DNA of 63,734 bases, the filler included. It is 6 parts of 6 records of this genome, joined end to end, with 100 filler letters (N's around TTAATTAATTAA, not from the genome) between each part and the next. Parts side by side here need not be neighbours in the genome. Positions count along the whole stretch, not along the records: positions 24,678 to 32,140 come from DRR723986_5830; positions 32,241 to 45,783 come from DRR723986_5868; 4 more parts are not named here. One strand, written 5' to 3'. The stretch's first letter is position 1, and each line of letters opens with the position of its first letter. The notes under the pieces were generated by a model. It saw only the letters and a list, made by a program, of their open reading frames with translations. It searched no databases and was not told the origin of the DNA. Positions 29,838 to 39,903 of the stretch are shown here, in pieces. The position numbers were made by a program, and so were the translations under genes.

Positions 29838-31109
29838 CTAATTCAGCCCCGGCCCAAAGCCCTGCAGCGCCACGCCCATCAGCGCCGCCCCAGCCAGCGC
29901 CAAGGGCAGCGGCAGGCGTAAAACCTGCAGCATTATGGCCGCCAGCGCCGCAAGTGCGGCGGCCGTCAAATCAAGGCTGGCCCAATCTGGCATGGGCCCA
30001 AACCGGGTTGGCGTGACCTGCGCAAAAAGCACATGCAAACCAAACCATAGCGACAAAGACAGAATCACCCCTACAACCGCAGCGGTAATGGCCTGCAACG
30101 CATTGGCCAGCCGGGGCAGGGTGGAAAGCCGCTCGATATAAGGGGCGCCTGCGAAGATCCATAAAAAGCAGGGCACAAATGTCATCCACAGCGTCAAGGC
30201 GCCGGCCAAGGCGGCCATCGGCCAGCCACCCTGGCCGTGGCCTGCCAAAATGCCCACAAATTGCGTGACCAAAATAAGCGGGCCCGGGGTGGTTTCCGCC
30301 AGCCCCAGGGCATCGATCATCTGGCGGGTATCCAGCCAGCCAAAATCGCTGACAATGGTTTGGGTCATATAGGCCAACACCGCATAGGCCCCGCCAAAAG
30401 TAACCACCGCCAGCTGCGAGAAAAACAGCGACAGATCCAGCAGGAAATCGGCCTTAAGCAGCCATAAAACCGCCAAAGGGGCCAGCCAAAGCGCGCCCCA
30501 AAACAAAATCACCCCCAAGGTGGTGTGCCGCGCGCCGCCGACCGCCACCGCTGCTGGCGTGGGCTGGTCTGTGTGGGCCGAGGGCTGGAAAAACCCCCAT
30601 AGGCCCGCCAGGGCAATGACCACCGGAAAGGGCAGTTGCAGCACAAAAAGCGCAACAAAAGCGCAGGCGGCCAACAGCCAATGGGCGCGCGCCTTTAGGC
30701 TGCGCCGCGACAGCGCCAGCAGCGCCTGCAGCACCACCACCAAAACAGCCGCCTTTACCCCTAGAAATGCCGCTTGCACAGCCGGTTGCGTGCCAAAGCT
30801 GATGTAGGCTGCCGCCAATGTTGCCACCACGCAGGCGCCCGGCAGCACAAACAGCAGCCCCGCCAAAACACCCCCCGGAACGCCGCGCAGCCGCCAACCT
30901 GCATAGGTGGCCAGCTGCATGGCCTCGGGGCCCGGCAGCAGCATGCAAAACGACAGCGCACGCAAAAACTGCGCCTCGTCTAACCAAGGGCGGTTTTGCA
31001 CCAATTCCCTGTGCATCAGCGAAATTTGCGCCGCAGGCCCCCCAAAGGACAAAAGCCCAATGCGCCCGAATACCGAAAACATCTGGCTTAGGCTGGGGGG
31101 CTGTGGCAT
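29838..31109 (-). CDS. chrA: Chromate efflux transporter
   Basis: SFGGPAAQI; LLPGPEA; TFGGAYA; AETTPGP. Confidence 0.93.
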   Translation of the reverse strand: MPQPPSLSQMFSVFGRIGLLSFGGPAAQISLMHRELVQNRPWLDEAQFLRALSFCMLLPGPEAMQLATYAGWRLRGVPGGVLAGLLFVLPGACVVATLAAAYISFGTQPAVQAAFLGVKAAVLVVVLQALLALSRRSLKARAHWLLAACAFVALFVLQLPFPVVIALAGLWGFFQPSAHTDQPTPAAVAVGGARHTTLGVILFWGALWLAPLAVLWLLKADFLLDLSLFFSQLAVVTFGGAYAVLAYMTQTIVSDFGWLDTRQMIDALGLAETTPGPLILVTQFVGILAGHGQGGWPMAALAGALTLWMTFVPCFLWIFAGAPYIERLSTLPRLANALQAITAAVVGVILSLSLWFGLHVLFAQVTPTRFGPMPDWASLDLTAAALAALAAIMLQVLRLPLPLALAGAALMGVALQGFGPGLN

Positions 31110-31110
31110 G

Positions 31111-31860
31111 TCAGGCCGCCGCCAGGGCCTGCACGATGGCGCTGAAATCTTGGGCGTTCAGGCTGGCACCGCCAACCAAGGCGCCATCTACATCGGCCAC
31201 GCCAAAAACCTCGGCTGCGTTATCGGGTTTGACCGAGCCACCATAAAGCAGCCGCACCGTATGCGCGGCCTCGGTGCCAAACCGCGCCGCCAGGGCTGCG
31301 CGCAGGGCGCTGTGCACCTCGGCAATCTGGGGCAATGTCGGGATCAGCCCGCTGCCAATGGCCCAAACCGGCTCGTAGGCCAAAACCAGCAGCGCAGGGT
31401 CCAGCGTGGCGGGCACCGAGCCTGCGCATTGCGCGCCGATCACCTGCAACGTGTCGCCTGCCTGCCGCTGGGCCAAAGTTTCGCCCAAACAGATGATCGC
31501 GCACAGCCCTGCCGCTTGGGCGGCATGGGCTTTGGCGGCCACCAGCTGATCAGATTCGCCATGCCCCTCGCGCCGCTCGGAATGGCCCAGAATAACCGCG
31601 CTGGCGCCCAAATCGCGCAGCTGCAGGGCGGAAATATCGCCGGTAAAGGCGCCTGCGCTTTGCGCGTGGCAATCTTGGGCGCCAATGGCCAGGGCACTGG
31701 CGCGGGCCTGGGCAATGGCGGGGTGTATCAGCGTGGCCGGCGGGCAGATCAGCGTGTCAATATGGGGCGGCAGGGGGGCCTTGGTCAGCTGATCCAGCTG
31801 CGCCAGATCGGCCAACAGCCCGTTCATTTTCCAGTTACCCGCTGCCAATTTCCGCCGCAT
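31111..31860 (-). CDS. tpiA: Triosephosphate isomerase
   Basis: [33 protein letters not shown]. Confidence 0.97.
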   Translation of the reverse strand: MRRKLAAGNWKMNGLLADLAQLDQLTKAPLPPHIDTLICPPATLIHPAIAQARASALAIGAQDCHAQSAGAFTGDISALQLRDLGASAVILGHSERREGHGESDQLVAAKAHAAQAAGLCAIICLGETLAQRQAGDTLQVIGAQCAGSVPATLDPALLVLAYEPVWAIGSGLIPTLPQIAEVHSALRAALAARFGTEAAHTVRLLYGGSVKPDNAAEVFGVADVDGALVGGASLNAQDFSAIVQALAAA

Positions 31861-31980
31861 ACCCGCCCCCAAAGACCATTCCTGTAATATGGGGGCGCAT
31901 CATTGGCATCTGCGCGCCAAGGTCAAGATGCGCCGCGCGCTGGTGCTAGCGGCCCCGGTATTTGGCGTTGATGGGCCGAA

Positions 31981-32139
31981 TTACAGCTTTGCCTCGGCGC
32001 TGAGCGCATCGACATCTTTGAATTTAATCGATTCTCCGCAGCCACAGGCCTCGGCCACATTGGGGTTGTTAAAGCGAAACCCCGATTCCAGCAGCGATGT
32101 GTGATAATCAATCTCGGTGCCAAAAAGGAACATCTGCGC
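31981..32139 (-). CDS. A-type Fe-S carrier (SufA/IscA/HesB), 3' fragment; not in the ORF track
   Basis: Manual translation AQMFLFGTEIDY..GFRFNNPNVAEACGCGESIKF..AKL-stop. Confidence 0.9.
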   Translation of the reverse strand, partial: AQMFLFGTEIDYHTSLLESGFRFNNPNVAEACGCGESIKFKDVDALSAEAKL

Positions 32140-32140
32140 C

Positions 32141-32240
32141 NNNNNNNNNNNNNNNNNNNNNNNNNNNNNNNNNNNNNNNNNNNNTTAATTAATTAANNNN
32201 NNNNNNNNNNNNNNNNNNNNNNNNNNNNNNNNNNNNNNNN
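32141..32240. other. Artificial contig linker
   Basis: N44-TTAATTAATTAA-N44. Confidence 0.99.
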
Positions 32241-32257
32241 CACTCGGCCACGTCTCC
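32241..32257 (-). tRNA. Possible 5' 17 nt of tRNA-Ser
   Basis: Minus strand GGAGACGTGGCCGAGTG running into the contig end; too short to confirm. Confidence 0.55.
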
Positions 32258-32687
32258 GCTGACGGGTATATCCGCGCAAGCAGCGGATATTCAAGGCCAA
32301 TTCCACCAAGTCCAAGATTTTTTTCTAGATCGCTTAACGGCATTGAAATCACTGGAAATTACCTTGGCGGGAGCCGAGGGTCGGAAGGGGGAAGGGCGCT
32401 TTTCAAATCCCAGTGTTGTCGATCTCAGCGGGATGGGTCCTGAATCATCTGCGCGGGTACGACATATCGCTGCCCGCCCGCGCTTGGGCTAGTGGTAGGC
32501 AGGATCGGGCATCACGGCCCGCGTGCGCAAACTTGTCAGATGCTGGGTTTGTGTCCAATATAGCGCGTACCGAGCACCCCAAGTGTTCATAAACTGCGAA
32601 AAGCACGGTTCAGACGGTACTGTTGCGCCTTATTGATAAAGACATGCAACACAGAACCAGGCTCGCCTTTGTAAGGGTGATTTCTAT

Positions 32688-33314
32688 ATGTATAATTTTA
32701 TCAATAATTTCCCAGTGATACGTCTTGTGGTCTGTATGGTGGCCGGGGGGCTGGCCGCGCCCGCCAGCGCGCAGTCAGCAGGGCCTGAGGCCCATATCGC
32801 GATCGAGAATGCAGCAGATCTTTCGAAACAAGAGGCGGTGCAGGTCTATCAAACCCTGATGGGCCGGATGCGCAACGGCTATGAGGCGGCGCAACTTGAT
32901 ATGATTCTGAACTATCAGGATTGGCCCAAATTCAACGATGCACCGTATATCTCAGCGACCCACGGTCAGCGTTATGTGAATAGCTATGCAAATAAGATGG
33001 CTCTTAACTATGGCGGGCTGAGCGATGGGGACATGTTGCCCGCAGGGTCAGTTCTGGCCAAAGACAGCATAACGGTTACGGACGAGGATCACATTTTCCC
33101 CGGTGCCCTGTTTGTCATGGAAAAACTCCCTCAAGGGACACACCCGGAAACCGCCGATTGGCGATATGTGATGGTCATGCCCGATGGATCTTTGTTCGGC
33201 GATACCGTGGGCAGCCGCAGTCAGGAAATGATTTATTGTCACGAATGCCATGAAGCGGTCGCCCATCAGGATTATACATTTTTTGTCCCGTCGGACCATC
33301 GTGTGACCAAGTAG
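32688..33314 (+). CDS. Cytochrome P460 / c'-beta family protein
   Basis: Signal peptide; YQDW; PAGSVLAKD; LFVMEK; DWRY; C-terminal CHECH heme site followed by QDYTF. Confidence 0.85.
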   Translation: MYNFINNFPVIRLVVCMVAGGLAAPASAQSAGPEAHIAIENAADLSKQEAVQVYQTLMGRMRNGYEAAQLDMILNYQDWPKFNDAPYISATHGQRYVNSYANKMALNYGGLSDGDMLPAGSVLAKDSITVTDEDHIFPGALFVMEKLPQGTHPETADWRYVMVMPDGSLFGDTVGSRSQEMIYCHECHEAVAHQDYTFFVPSDHRVTK

Positions 33315-33447
33315 TTTTAGCGGCGGCGAGAAGCGTCAGAAACCGAGACATCAATCTGTCTCGCCTCAGGGGCAATTGGTTGCCGCCGTGAGGTACGCTT
33401 TGCAGGTAGACTGTTGAGCGACGATTACATGGCTCAGATGCTGCTGT

Positions 33448-33481
33448 GATAGAAATAGAAGTCGGCCCAGATCGGGCCGAC
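33448..33481 (-). terminator. Terminator of the SYLF-domain gene
   Basis: GTCGGCCC-AGATC-GGGCCGAC stem followed on the minus strand by TTCTATTTCT. Confidence 0.55.
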
Positions 33482-33507
33482 GACTGTTCAGTTAGGCTTT
33501 TTACATG

Positions 33508-34506
33508 TCAAAAGTTGAGAGGTTTGATCCGGGTACCCTCAACCGTCCAGTTTGCCATCAGCCCTTTTTCGTCAAACACGAAAGCGACGGTGTCCGTCTT
33601 TAGGTTGGTGGTATCAGCTTCGGCCGTCAAACCGGCATTAAAGACAGCGACTGAGCCATCAACGCCCAGCTCATACCCTTTACTGTTGGTGAATTTGTTC
33701 AACGCGTCTTGATCCATGAACATCACCACATACCCATAAGTCTGCGCTCCGGCCTGGGCACCAAACGACAGCGAAGACGTGCGATAATACCCAAGCACAT
33801 TTTCTTTGTCATAGAGCACACCATTGCCCCCTTCGCCTCCGACGCCAAGACCTACCTTGGTGATCTCAGGGAAAACCAAAGCGGCGAACGCATCTTCGGC
33901 ATACCGCGCTGCCCGGTCATTGTCTGAGATGAGCGAGTTCCAACTTGCAACCGCGCCCATTTCCAACGAACTCTGTTGGGCGGCATCCGCCATGCCAACA
34001 GCCGCAAGGCTGTGCGCTTCGCAGTCGCGTGTCGCAGCCATCGCCTTCAGCGTCCCATCAAGGCTCAGCGCCAACGGGGTGTCCCCATCTGGGTTGATCG
34101 TCAGCACGTATCGCCGCGCCAAAGCTTCGCCAAAGGCTTCGTTGTTTGCCTCGGCGTAGCCACCGCGATAGCCGCCTGATCTAAAATCGCCCTTTGCCGT
34201 ACCGTAGAACCGCGCACCATCAACGTCGAATGTGACATCCTTCGAGACGCCGCCGATCACGTTCACATCTTTATCCTTGGTATAGACTGCAACATATCCG
34301 AACTCGCTGCCTGCTTCCGTCTTCCCAATGCGGAACAGGAAACCGTCTTCGTTGATTTTCTCCATGACACAACCAGCGCGTTCCACGTCGCGCAAAATGC
34401 TCCAGCCTTCGACGTTGTCAACATAGGCCTCATCTTCAGCAATTGCAGGCTGTGCAGCCAACGGCAGGCCCAGAACAAGCGCAATTGTTCGCATTGAAAA
34501 TCTCAT
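33508..34506 (-). CDS. Secreted two-domain protein with C-terminal YSC84/SYLF lipid-binding domain
   Basis: Signal peptide AIA-E; LVFPEITKVGLGVGGEGGNGVL..SFGAQAGAQ..GLMANWTVEGTRI. Confidence 0.8.
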   Translation of the reverse strand: MRFSMRTIALVLGLPLAAQPAIAEDEAYVDNVEGWSILRDVERAGCVMEKINEDGFLFRIGKTEAGSEFGYVAVYTKDKDVNVIGGVSKDVTFDVDGARFYGTAKGDFRSGGYRGGYAEANNEAFGEALARRYVLTINPDGDTPLALSLDGTLKAMAATRDCEAHSLAAVGMADAAQQSSLEMGAVASWNSLISDNDRAARYAEDAFAALVFPEITKVGLGVGGEGGNGVLYDKENVLGYYRTSSLSFGAQAGAQTYGYVVMFMDQDALNKFTNSKGYELGVDGSVAVFNAGLTAEADTTNLKTDTVAFVFDEKGLMANWTVEGTRIKPLNF

Positions 34507-34833
34507 ATTTCTCTCTCCCTGAGTACAGTCAATAACCGTTAAAAATGAAAATGTTTAACTTGCGACATTCTAGGGCGGATGCGCGACCAAACAAGCGCCG
34601 TGAAAAAAACAGACTGTATTTCTCTGCCATCCCGGGAATTTATCTTAAAGTTTATTTTCGATTTAGAGGTTTTGAAATTTGCAGATTCTGTTTTGAAAAG
34701 GGGTGGTAATATCATCATTCAGCTCTGTTTCTATAGGCTAAGGTGTTAATCAAAAAGGAATATTAGACAAAGCGAAATTTGATCGGTAAGCTTCGATAGT
34801 ATTGAATGTATTCGACTTAGGGGAGATGAAAGA

Positions 34834-36411
34834 ATGAGGCATTCTGTCAAAAGATTATTTTTGACCTCAACACTGTTGGCCGGGACGCTGTTAGGGCCTC
34901 AGATACAGGCCGAAGAGCCCACGCCGGGCTTCAATACGAAAATCCCCGAAGGTCTTTTGACACCTGATAAATACACCACCAGAGCGGGAGATATCGAATT
35001 CTTCGATGGCATCCCCACGGCCGCCACTGCCGAGGCGCTGTACAACCATCTTGACTACATCCGCGGTGTCGAAACGTTCCTGTCCGGCATGCCCGCCGCT
35101 TCGCTCGAGGCCATCCGCCGCAGCCAGCAAGTCAACGGCGAAACCAACTCTTATCAGGTGCGTATCTTCGACCAGTTGATGGACAGCAACTCTCTGTTCC
35201 TGACCGGCAATACAGATACCGTCTATCTGAGTGCCATTCTCGACTTGAAAAAGGATGGTGCGACAGTGATCGAACTGCCCGCAGGCACGGGGCCGGGCAC
35301 CGTAAATGACGCGTTTTTCCGATTTGTGACCGACACAGGCGCACCGGGCCCGGATGCCGGGAAGGGCGGTAAATACCTGATCCTACCCCCCGATTACGAT
35401 GGGGATCTTGATCCACCCGTGGGCGGAATGGAGGCCGAGGTCGAGGGCGAAACCTATTTCGTGTCCAAATCCACCAGCTGGGTTAACTGGTTCATTGCGC
35501 GCGGTTTTCTAAAGGATGGCAAGCCTGAATTCTCAAGCCAGCTCTTTAGGGACGGGGTCAAAATCTACGCGCTTGCCGACAAGAAAAACCCACCCGAAAT
35601 GGAATTCTACAACGGATCGGGCAAGGCGTTTAACACGATCCACGCAACGGATTTCAATTTTTACAAAGAGCTGGATGCGGTTATTCAGCGTGAACCAATC
35701 GAGATGATCGGCCCTGAATTGCGCGGTACCTTTGCGTCAATTGGCATTCAAAAGGGAAAGAAGTTCAATCCCGATTTGCGTATGAAAAACATCCTGATCA
35801 AATCCGCCGAAGTCGCCAATGCCACCGCGCGTACTTTCCTGTGGTATGAACGCAACCCGGCTGATTTCCTCTACGAAGGCAGCTATTGGAAACAAGGGTT
35901 CCCCGGTGGCAGTTATGAATTCCTGCGCGACGAAGGGGCCGGTGGCCGTGATTTGGATTCACGCACCGAATTCTTCTATTTTGCGACGGTGAATACGCCC
36001 GCAATGACGTGGAAATTGATCGGCAAAGGCTCCCAATACGCTTGGGGCGTTTTGGATAAGAATGGCGATTATCTGGATGGCAGCAAAAACTATAAATTGA
36101 CGCTGCCGGCCGATCCCCCGGCGAAAAATTTCACCTCAATCGTGCTCTATGATCCTCAAACCCGCTCGCAGCTTCAGACGAGCCAACCCTTCCCAAGCTA
36201 CAACAGCGAAAAGCACAAAGACATTTATGCCAAGAACGAAGACGGCTCAGTGGATCTCTACTTCGGTCCTGAACCGCCCGAGGGCAAAGAATCCAACTGG
36301 CTGCAGACCGTGCCGGGCAAGGGCTTCTTTACCATCCTGCGTCTCTACAGCCCAACAGAGCCTTGGTTCGATAAAACCTGGCGCCCGGGTGATATTGAGC
36401 TGCTCGAGTAA
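34834..36411 (+). CDS. DUF1254/DUF1214 domain periplasmic protein
   Basis: LTGNTDTVY; GPDAGKGGKYLILPP; GSQYA..LDGSKNYKL; NEDGSVDLYFGP..NWLQT..LRLYSP. Confidence 0.9.
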   Translation: MRHSVKRLFLTSTLLAGTLLGPQIQAEEPTPGFNTKIPEGLLTPDKYTTRAGDIEFFDGIPTAATAEALYNHLDYIRGVETFLSGMPAASLEAIRRSQQVNGETNSYQVRIFDQLMDSNSLFLTGNTDTVYLSAILDLKKDGATVIELPAGTGPGTVNDAFFRFVTDTGAPGPDAGKGGKYLILPPDYDGDLDPPVGGMEAEVEGETYFVSKSTSWVNWFIARGFLKDGKPEFSSQLFRDGVKIYALADKKNPPEMEFYNGSGKAFNTIHATDFNFYKELDAVIQREPIEMIGPELRGTFASIGIQKGKKFNPDLRMKNILIKSAEVANATARTFLWYERNPADFLYEGSYWKQGFPGGSYEFLRDEGAGGRDLDSRTEFFYFATVNTPAMTWKLIGKGSQYAWGVLDKNGDYLDGSKNYKLTLPADPPAKNFTSIVLYDPQTRSQLQTSQPFPSYNSEKHKDIYAKNEDGSVDLYFGPEPPEGKESNWLQTVPGKGFFTILRLYSPTEPWFDKTWRPGDIELLE

Positions 36412-36420
36412 ATCAAACCA

Positions 36421-36452
36421 GCCTAGGGCGTGGCTTTGTCTGCGCCCTAGGC
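36421..36452. terminator. Hairpin between convergent genes
   Basis: GCCTAGGGCG..CGCCCTAGGC 10-bp stem. Confidence 0.55.
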
Positions 36453-36456
36453 CCGC

Positions 36457-39400
36457 TCACTCTGGCAAGCGATGGATCTGCACCGACGGGCAGGCGTCTT
36501 TGGCGATGTCGCACAGATGGGCATGGTGCGTCAGGTAAATCACCTGACCCGTTTCGCTCATCTTGGCCAGCAACCCCACGGTTTCAGCCGCGCGTGCGTC
36601 ATCAAAGCTTTCCATGATGTCATCGGCAATGAACGGCACCGGCCCGTTGTTGCGCACAAATTCATGATACCCGGCAATCCGCAGCGCCAGATACAGTTGC
36701 GCGCGGGTGCCGTCTGACAGCTGTGTTGCTTCTTTCGATCCCCCTTCGGCCGCCACCGCCACCAGAACTTCGCGGGTGCCATCGGGCTGGGCGGCAAGAC
36801 CGGAATAGCGCCCCCGCGACATGGTTCGAAACGCCTCAGACGCGCGTTCCAACATGCCGCTGCGGTGGGTGTCGCGATACTGTCTCAACGCGGTGTCCAC
36901 AGCCAGCAAACCCAACCGTTGTTGCAGGTGCTGCTGCGCCCCGTCTTTCATTTCCAACAGCAAGGTCTGGCGTTGTTCATCCAACCGGGCAACCGCCCCG
37001 TCGCCGCCAACGTTTTCCAAATCATCCTCGGCCTTGCGAAAGGCGGTATGCGCCTCCTCCTGATTGCTCCGCAGGGTCTTTAGGTCTGTCTTCAAACTCT
37101 CGGCGCGTGCCGGCAATGTGGTCTCATCCACATCTGCTAAGGCCTCCAACGCCTCGGCAATGGTGTCCGCGCGCATCAACGCACACAGCTCTTCGGCGCA
37201 ATCCCGACGGTCCGCCACCCGCTTGGCGCGTTCCCCCGATTGGGTCAGTGCCTCGCGCGCTTGCTGCCAGGTTTGTACGTTGAAAAAACGGGTAAATTCC
37301 TGCGTGCGGGTCTGGTGAATCTCGGCCCGCTGCGCAAGATCTACATGCGCTTGCTGTGCCGCCCCCAACCGTTTGAGCAGATCCGCGCGCTGCGTCTGGT
37401 GGGTTTCGGCACTGCGCAATCGCTGCTTGATACCACGCCACAGATCCTCGGCCGGACCATCCCCCACGACCCCAAGCCGCGCAGTCAACGTCTGAACCGC
37501 TTGGGCAAACAGATCGCAATTGGCCTGCATCGCAACGATCCGCCGGTCCAGATCCGCCGCCCGGTCGAAATGACGGCGCAGCTGGTCCAACTCGTCCAGA
37601 ATGGCGCGCATTTCCGGCACGCTGGGCGGGGCGTCCGCCATCCACGTTTTGGCACAGGTCGCGACCCAATCGGCCTGCCAGACCTGCATCGCGGCCAGCG
37701 CGCCGCTTAGGGCTTTGTCCCGCCGCGCCAGTTCTTGACGGGCCTGTGTCTCGGCCTCGCTGAACGCTTCGATCTGGGTCGCGCGATCCAACAGAGATTG
37801 CGCCGTTTCAACCGCAAAGCCAAGATCCACCGCGCCCTCCATGACCCGCCCAGCCTGCGCCAACGCAGCCACCAAACCCGCGCGCGCGCGCTCCATTGCG
37901 CCAGCGGTCTGCTCCACCCTGCGTCCGGCCTCATCACGGGCGCGCACCGCGTCGCGAGCGGCATCCAACCGGGTCAACCACGCCTGAAACCCGGCCACCG
38001 TCAGGTCAACGGGCAACAACGGTGACACCTCCGACACCATCCGACCAAGCGTCTCTACCAAAACATCAGATTGCGCCTGCACCCCGCTCAGACGCGCCTC
38101 GCTCGCCGTGATCCGGTCCTGCGTTTCGGCCCGCACCCGGTCCGCATCTTGCGCCATTTCAGCCCGCGCCCGTTGATCGCCAACCGTTGCAGACATCTGA
38201 TCGTCCAGCCGCATCGCCGCCTCGAACTGATCTGCCGTCTCAGGGTTCAACGCCGCACGATGCTGCGCCCAATCCGCCTCGCGCTGCGCCCGAACCCGCG
38301 CCGCATCTTCTAGCGTTACAAGCGGGCTAGAGCTGGCCGCCTCCTGCCGCGCCACATGCTGCGCCATCTCGCCCCTGAGCCGCTCCAGCGTCTCTTGCTC
38401 CCGCTCGATCTGGCGGGCTGCCCCGGCGATCTCATCGCCCAAGGTTTCAAGCCGCGCCCGGTCCGGCGCAACCAGCTCTGCTACAGCAGCACCATCTTTA
38501 AACGCCGCCCCCAAAGCCGCGCGTTTTTCGTGCCAGATCGCCTCGGCCTCGGCCAGTGCTGCGTGCGCGCGATCGCTGGCCCCCACCGGATCATCGCGCC
38601 GGATGCTTTGGACCAACCCACCCAGTCCGGCCAAATCAGCTGTGCCACCGCCAGCCGCTTTCAGCCGCTGCGCTGTGCGTTCTGCCTCTGCCTTGGCGCG
38701 CTCGTGTTCTTCGACGGCGCTAACGCGTTTGCTCTCTAACCCGGAATGTTGCTCGATCAACCCGCGCAACCGCCCAATCACCGCAACCTCGGGCAGGACC
38801 TGTGCGGGATCACGACCAGATTGCCCCAACCGCGCCAGACAATCGCGTACAGATCCGGTTTCCCCGTCCCGCTCTTTCAAACGCTTTGGCAGGTCAGCGG
38901 ATGCCGTATCATAGGCCGATTTCAAAGGATCAACCGCCAGAATATCGGCGCTCAGGTCCAATATCTGTTTATCTTGTGGGATCGCGTCCAACTCTTGGCT
39001 CAACGTATCAACAGCCCTTTTCGCCGTCTCCAGCAACGTCGCCATCTCTGTCTCTGCGCGATCCAAAGTGGGCAGTTCGGCCATCCATCCCTCGGGTGCT
39101 TCAGGCAAATCGCCAAAGGCCGCAATCTGACTGTCCAACCGCCCCAAACGCCCCGCAACCGGCAAAGCCCCCAACAACCGTTCGGTCTCAAGGGCCTTGC
39201 CTTGCGCCGCTTCGGCCTCTTTGCGCGCGGCCTGCCATGCGGCGCGCGCGCCATCGCGGTCTTTCGCCAACCGGGCATAGTCTGCCGCCGCCGTGTCCAA
39301 TGCCTTCATCTGATCGCCCAGATCATCAAACTCGGCCCTCAGCGTGCGCAGCCGTCCCTTGCGCCCCGTTGCATTCAAGAACTCCAACGACCCCTCGCGC

Positions 39401-39900
39401 AGGGTATCAAGCTGTGTGCCCAGATCGGTCAACCCGGCGCTGGCTTGAAACAACAACTGCCCCAGATCGCCTTCACTAGCCAGAATGCTCTCGCCGCCAG
39501 CATCCAACGTCTGCCCGTTCAGCGAGAACATCGCCGCATAAGCCGCGCGATCCAGCCCCCGCAACCCGCCGTGCAACAGCGCCTCGGCCACCGGCGCGCC
39601 CTGCGTATCCAGCAAAGAGTTATTAGGCTTCTTGATCCGGACCAACTGGTGCAGGCCGCCGTCGATTTCTAATGTCGCCCCAAGTTGCATTGATGCATAT
39701 GGGTGCAAGAAAGACATGTCGCTACGCGTCGGGATCTGAAACAGCAGATCCAGCCAGCCGGACAACAGCGTTGATTTGCCGGCCTCGTTGGGGCCGTAAA
39801 TGAGGTGCAGATCCGGTTTGCCAGCCTCGGGGGCGGCAAACGGCAGGCTCAGATCGGTGAATTTCCCATATCGGGTCAGGTCAAACTGGTTCAGACGCAT
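36457..39900 (-). CDS. YhaN-like (AAA_27) SMC/Rad50-type coiled-coil ATPase
   Basis: YGKFTD; Walker A GPNEAGKST; long coiled coil; signature LSDGTRAQLYLALR; PFIADD..FDD; YLTHH. Confidence 0.9.
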   Translation of the reverse strand: MRLNQFDLTRYGKFTDLSLPFAAPEAGKPDLHLIYGPNEAGKSTLLSGWLDLLFQIPTRSDMSFLHPYASMQLGATLEIDGGLHQLVRIKKPNNSLLDTQGAPVAEALLHGGLRGLDRAAYAAMFSLNGQTLDAGGESILASEGDLGQLLFQASAGLTDLGTQLDTLREGSLEFLNATGRKGRLRTLRAEFDDLGDQMKALDTAAADYARLAKDRDGARAAWQAARKEAEAAQGKALETERLLGALPVAGRLGRLDSQIAAFGDLPEAPEGWMAELPTLDRAETEMATLLETAKRAVDTLSQELDAIPQDKQILDLSADILAVDPLKSAYDTASADLPKRLKERDGETGSVRDCLARLGQSGRDPAQVLPEVAVIGRLRGLIEQHSGLESKRVSAVEEHERAKAEAERTAQRLKAAGGGTADLAGLGGLVQSIRRDDPVGASDRAHAALAEAEAIWHEKRAALGAAFKDGAAVAELVAPDRARLETLGDEIAGAARQIEREQETLERLRGEMAQHVARQEAASSSPLVTLEDAARVRAQREADWAQHRAALNPETADQFEAAMRLDDQMSATVGDQRARAEMAQDADRVRAETQDRITASEARLSGVQAQSDVLVETLGRMVSEVSPLLPVDLTVAGFQAWLTRLDAARDAVRARDEAGRRVEQTAGAMERARAGLVAALAQAGRVMEGAVDLGFAVETAQSLLDRATQIEAFSEAETQARQELARRDKALSGALAAMQVWQADWVATCAKTWMADAPPSVPEMRAILDELDQLRRHFDRAADLDRRIVAMQANCDLFAQAVQTLTARLGVVGDGPAEDLWRGIKQRLRSAETHQTQRADLLKRLGAAQQAHVDLAQRAEIHQTRTQEFTRFFNVQTWQQAREALTQSGERAKRVADRRDCAEELCALMRADTIAEALEALADVDETTLPARAESLKTDLKTLRSNQEEAHTAFRKAEDDLENVGGDGAVARLDEQRQTLLLEMKDGAQQHLQQRLGLLAVDTALRQYRDTHRSGMLERASEAFRTMSRGRYSGLAAQPDGTREVLVAVAAEGGSKEATQLSDGTRAQLYLALRIAGYHEFVRNNGPVPFIADDIMESFDDARAAETVGLLAKMSETGQVIYLTHHAHLCDIAKDACPSVQIHRLPE

Positions 39901-39903
39901 GGC

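Noticed and set aside
32241-36411. tRNA-integrated genomic island
   Set aside because: The genes lie on the 5' side of the putative tRNA-Ser; no integrase or att duplication is visible
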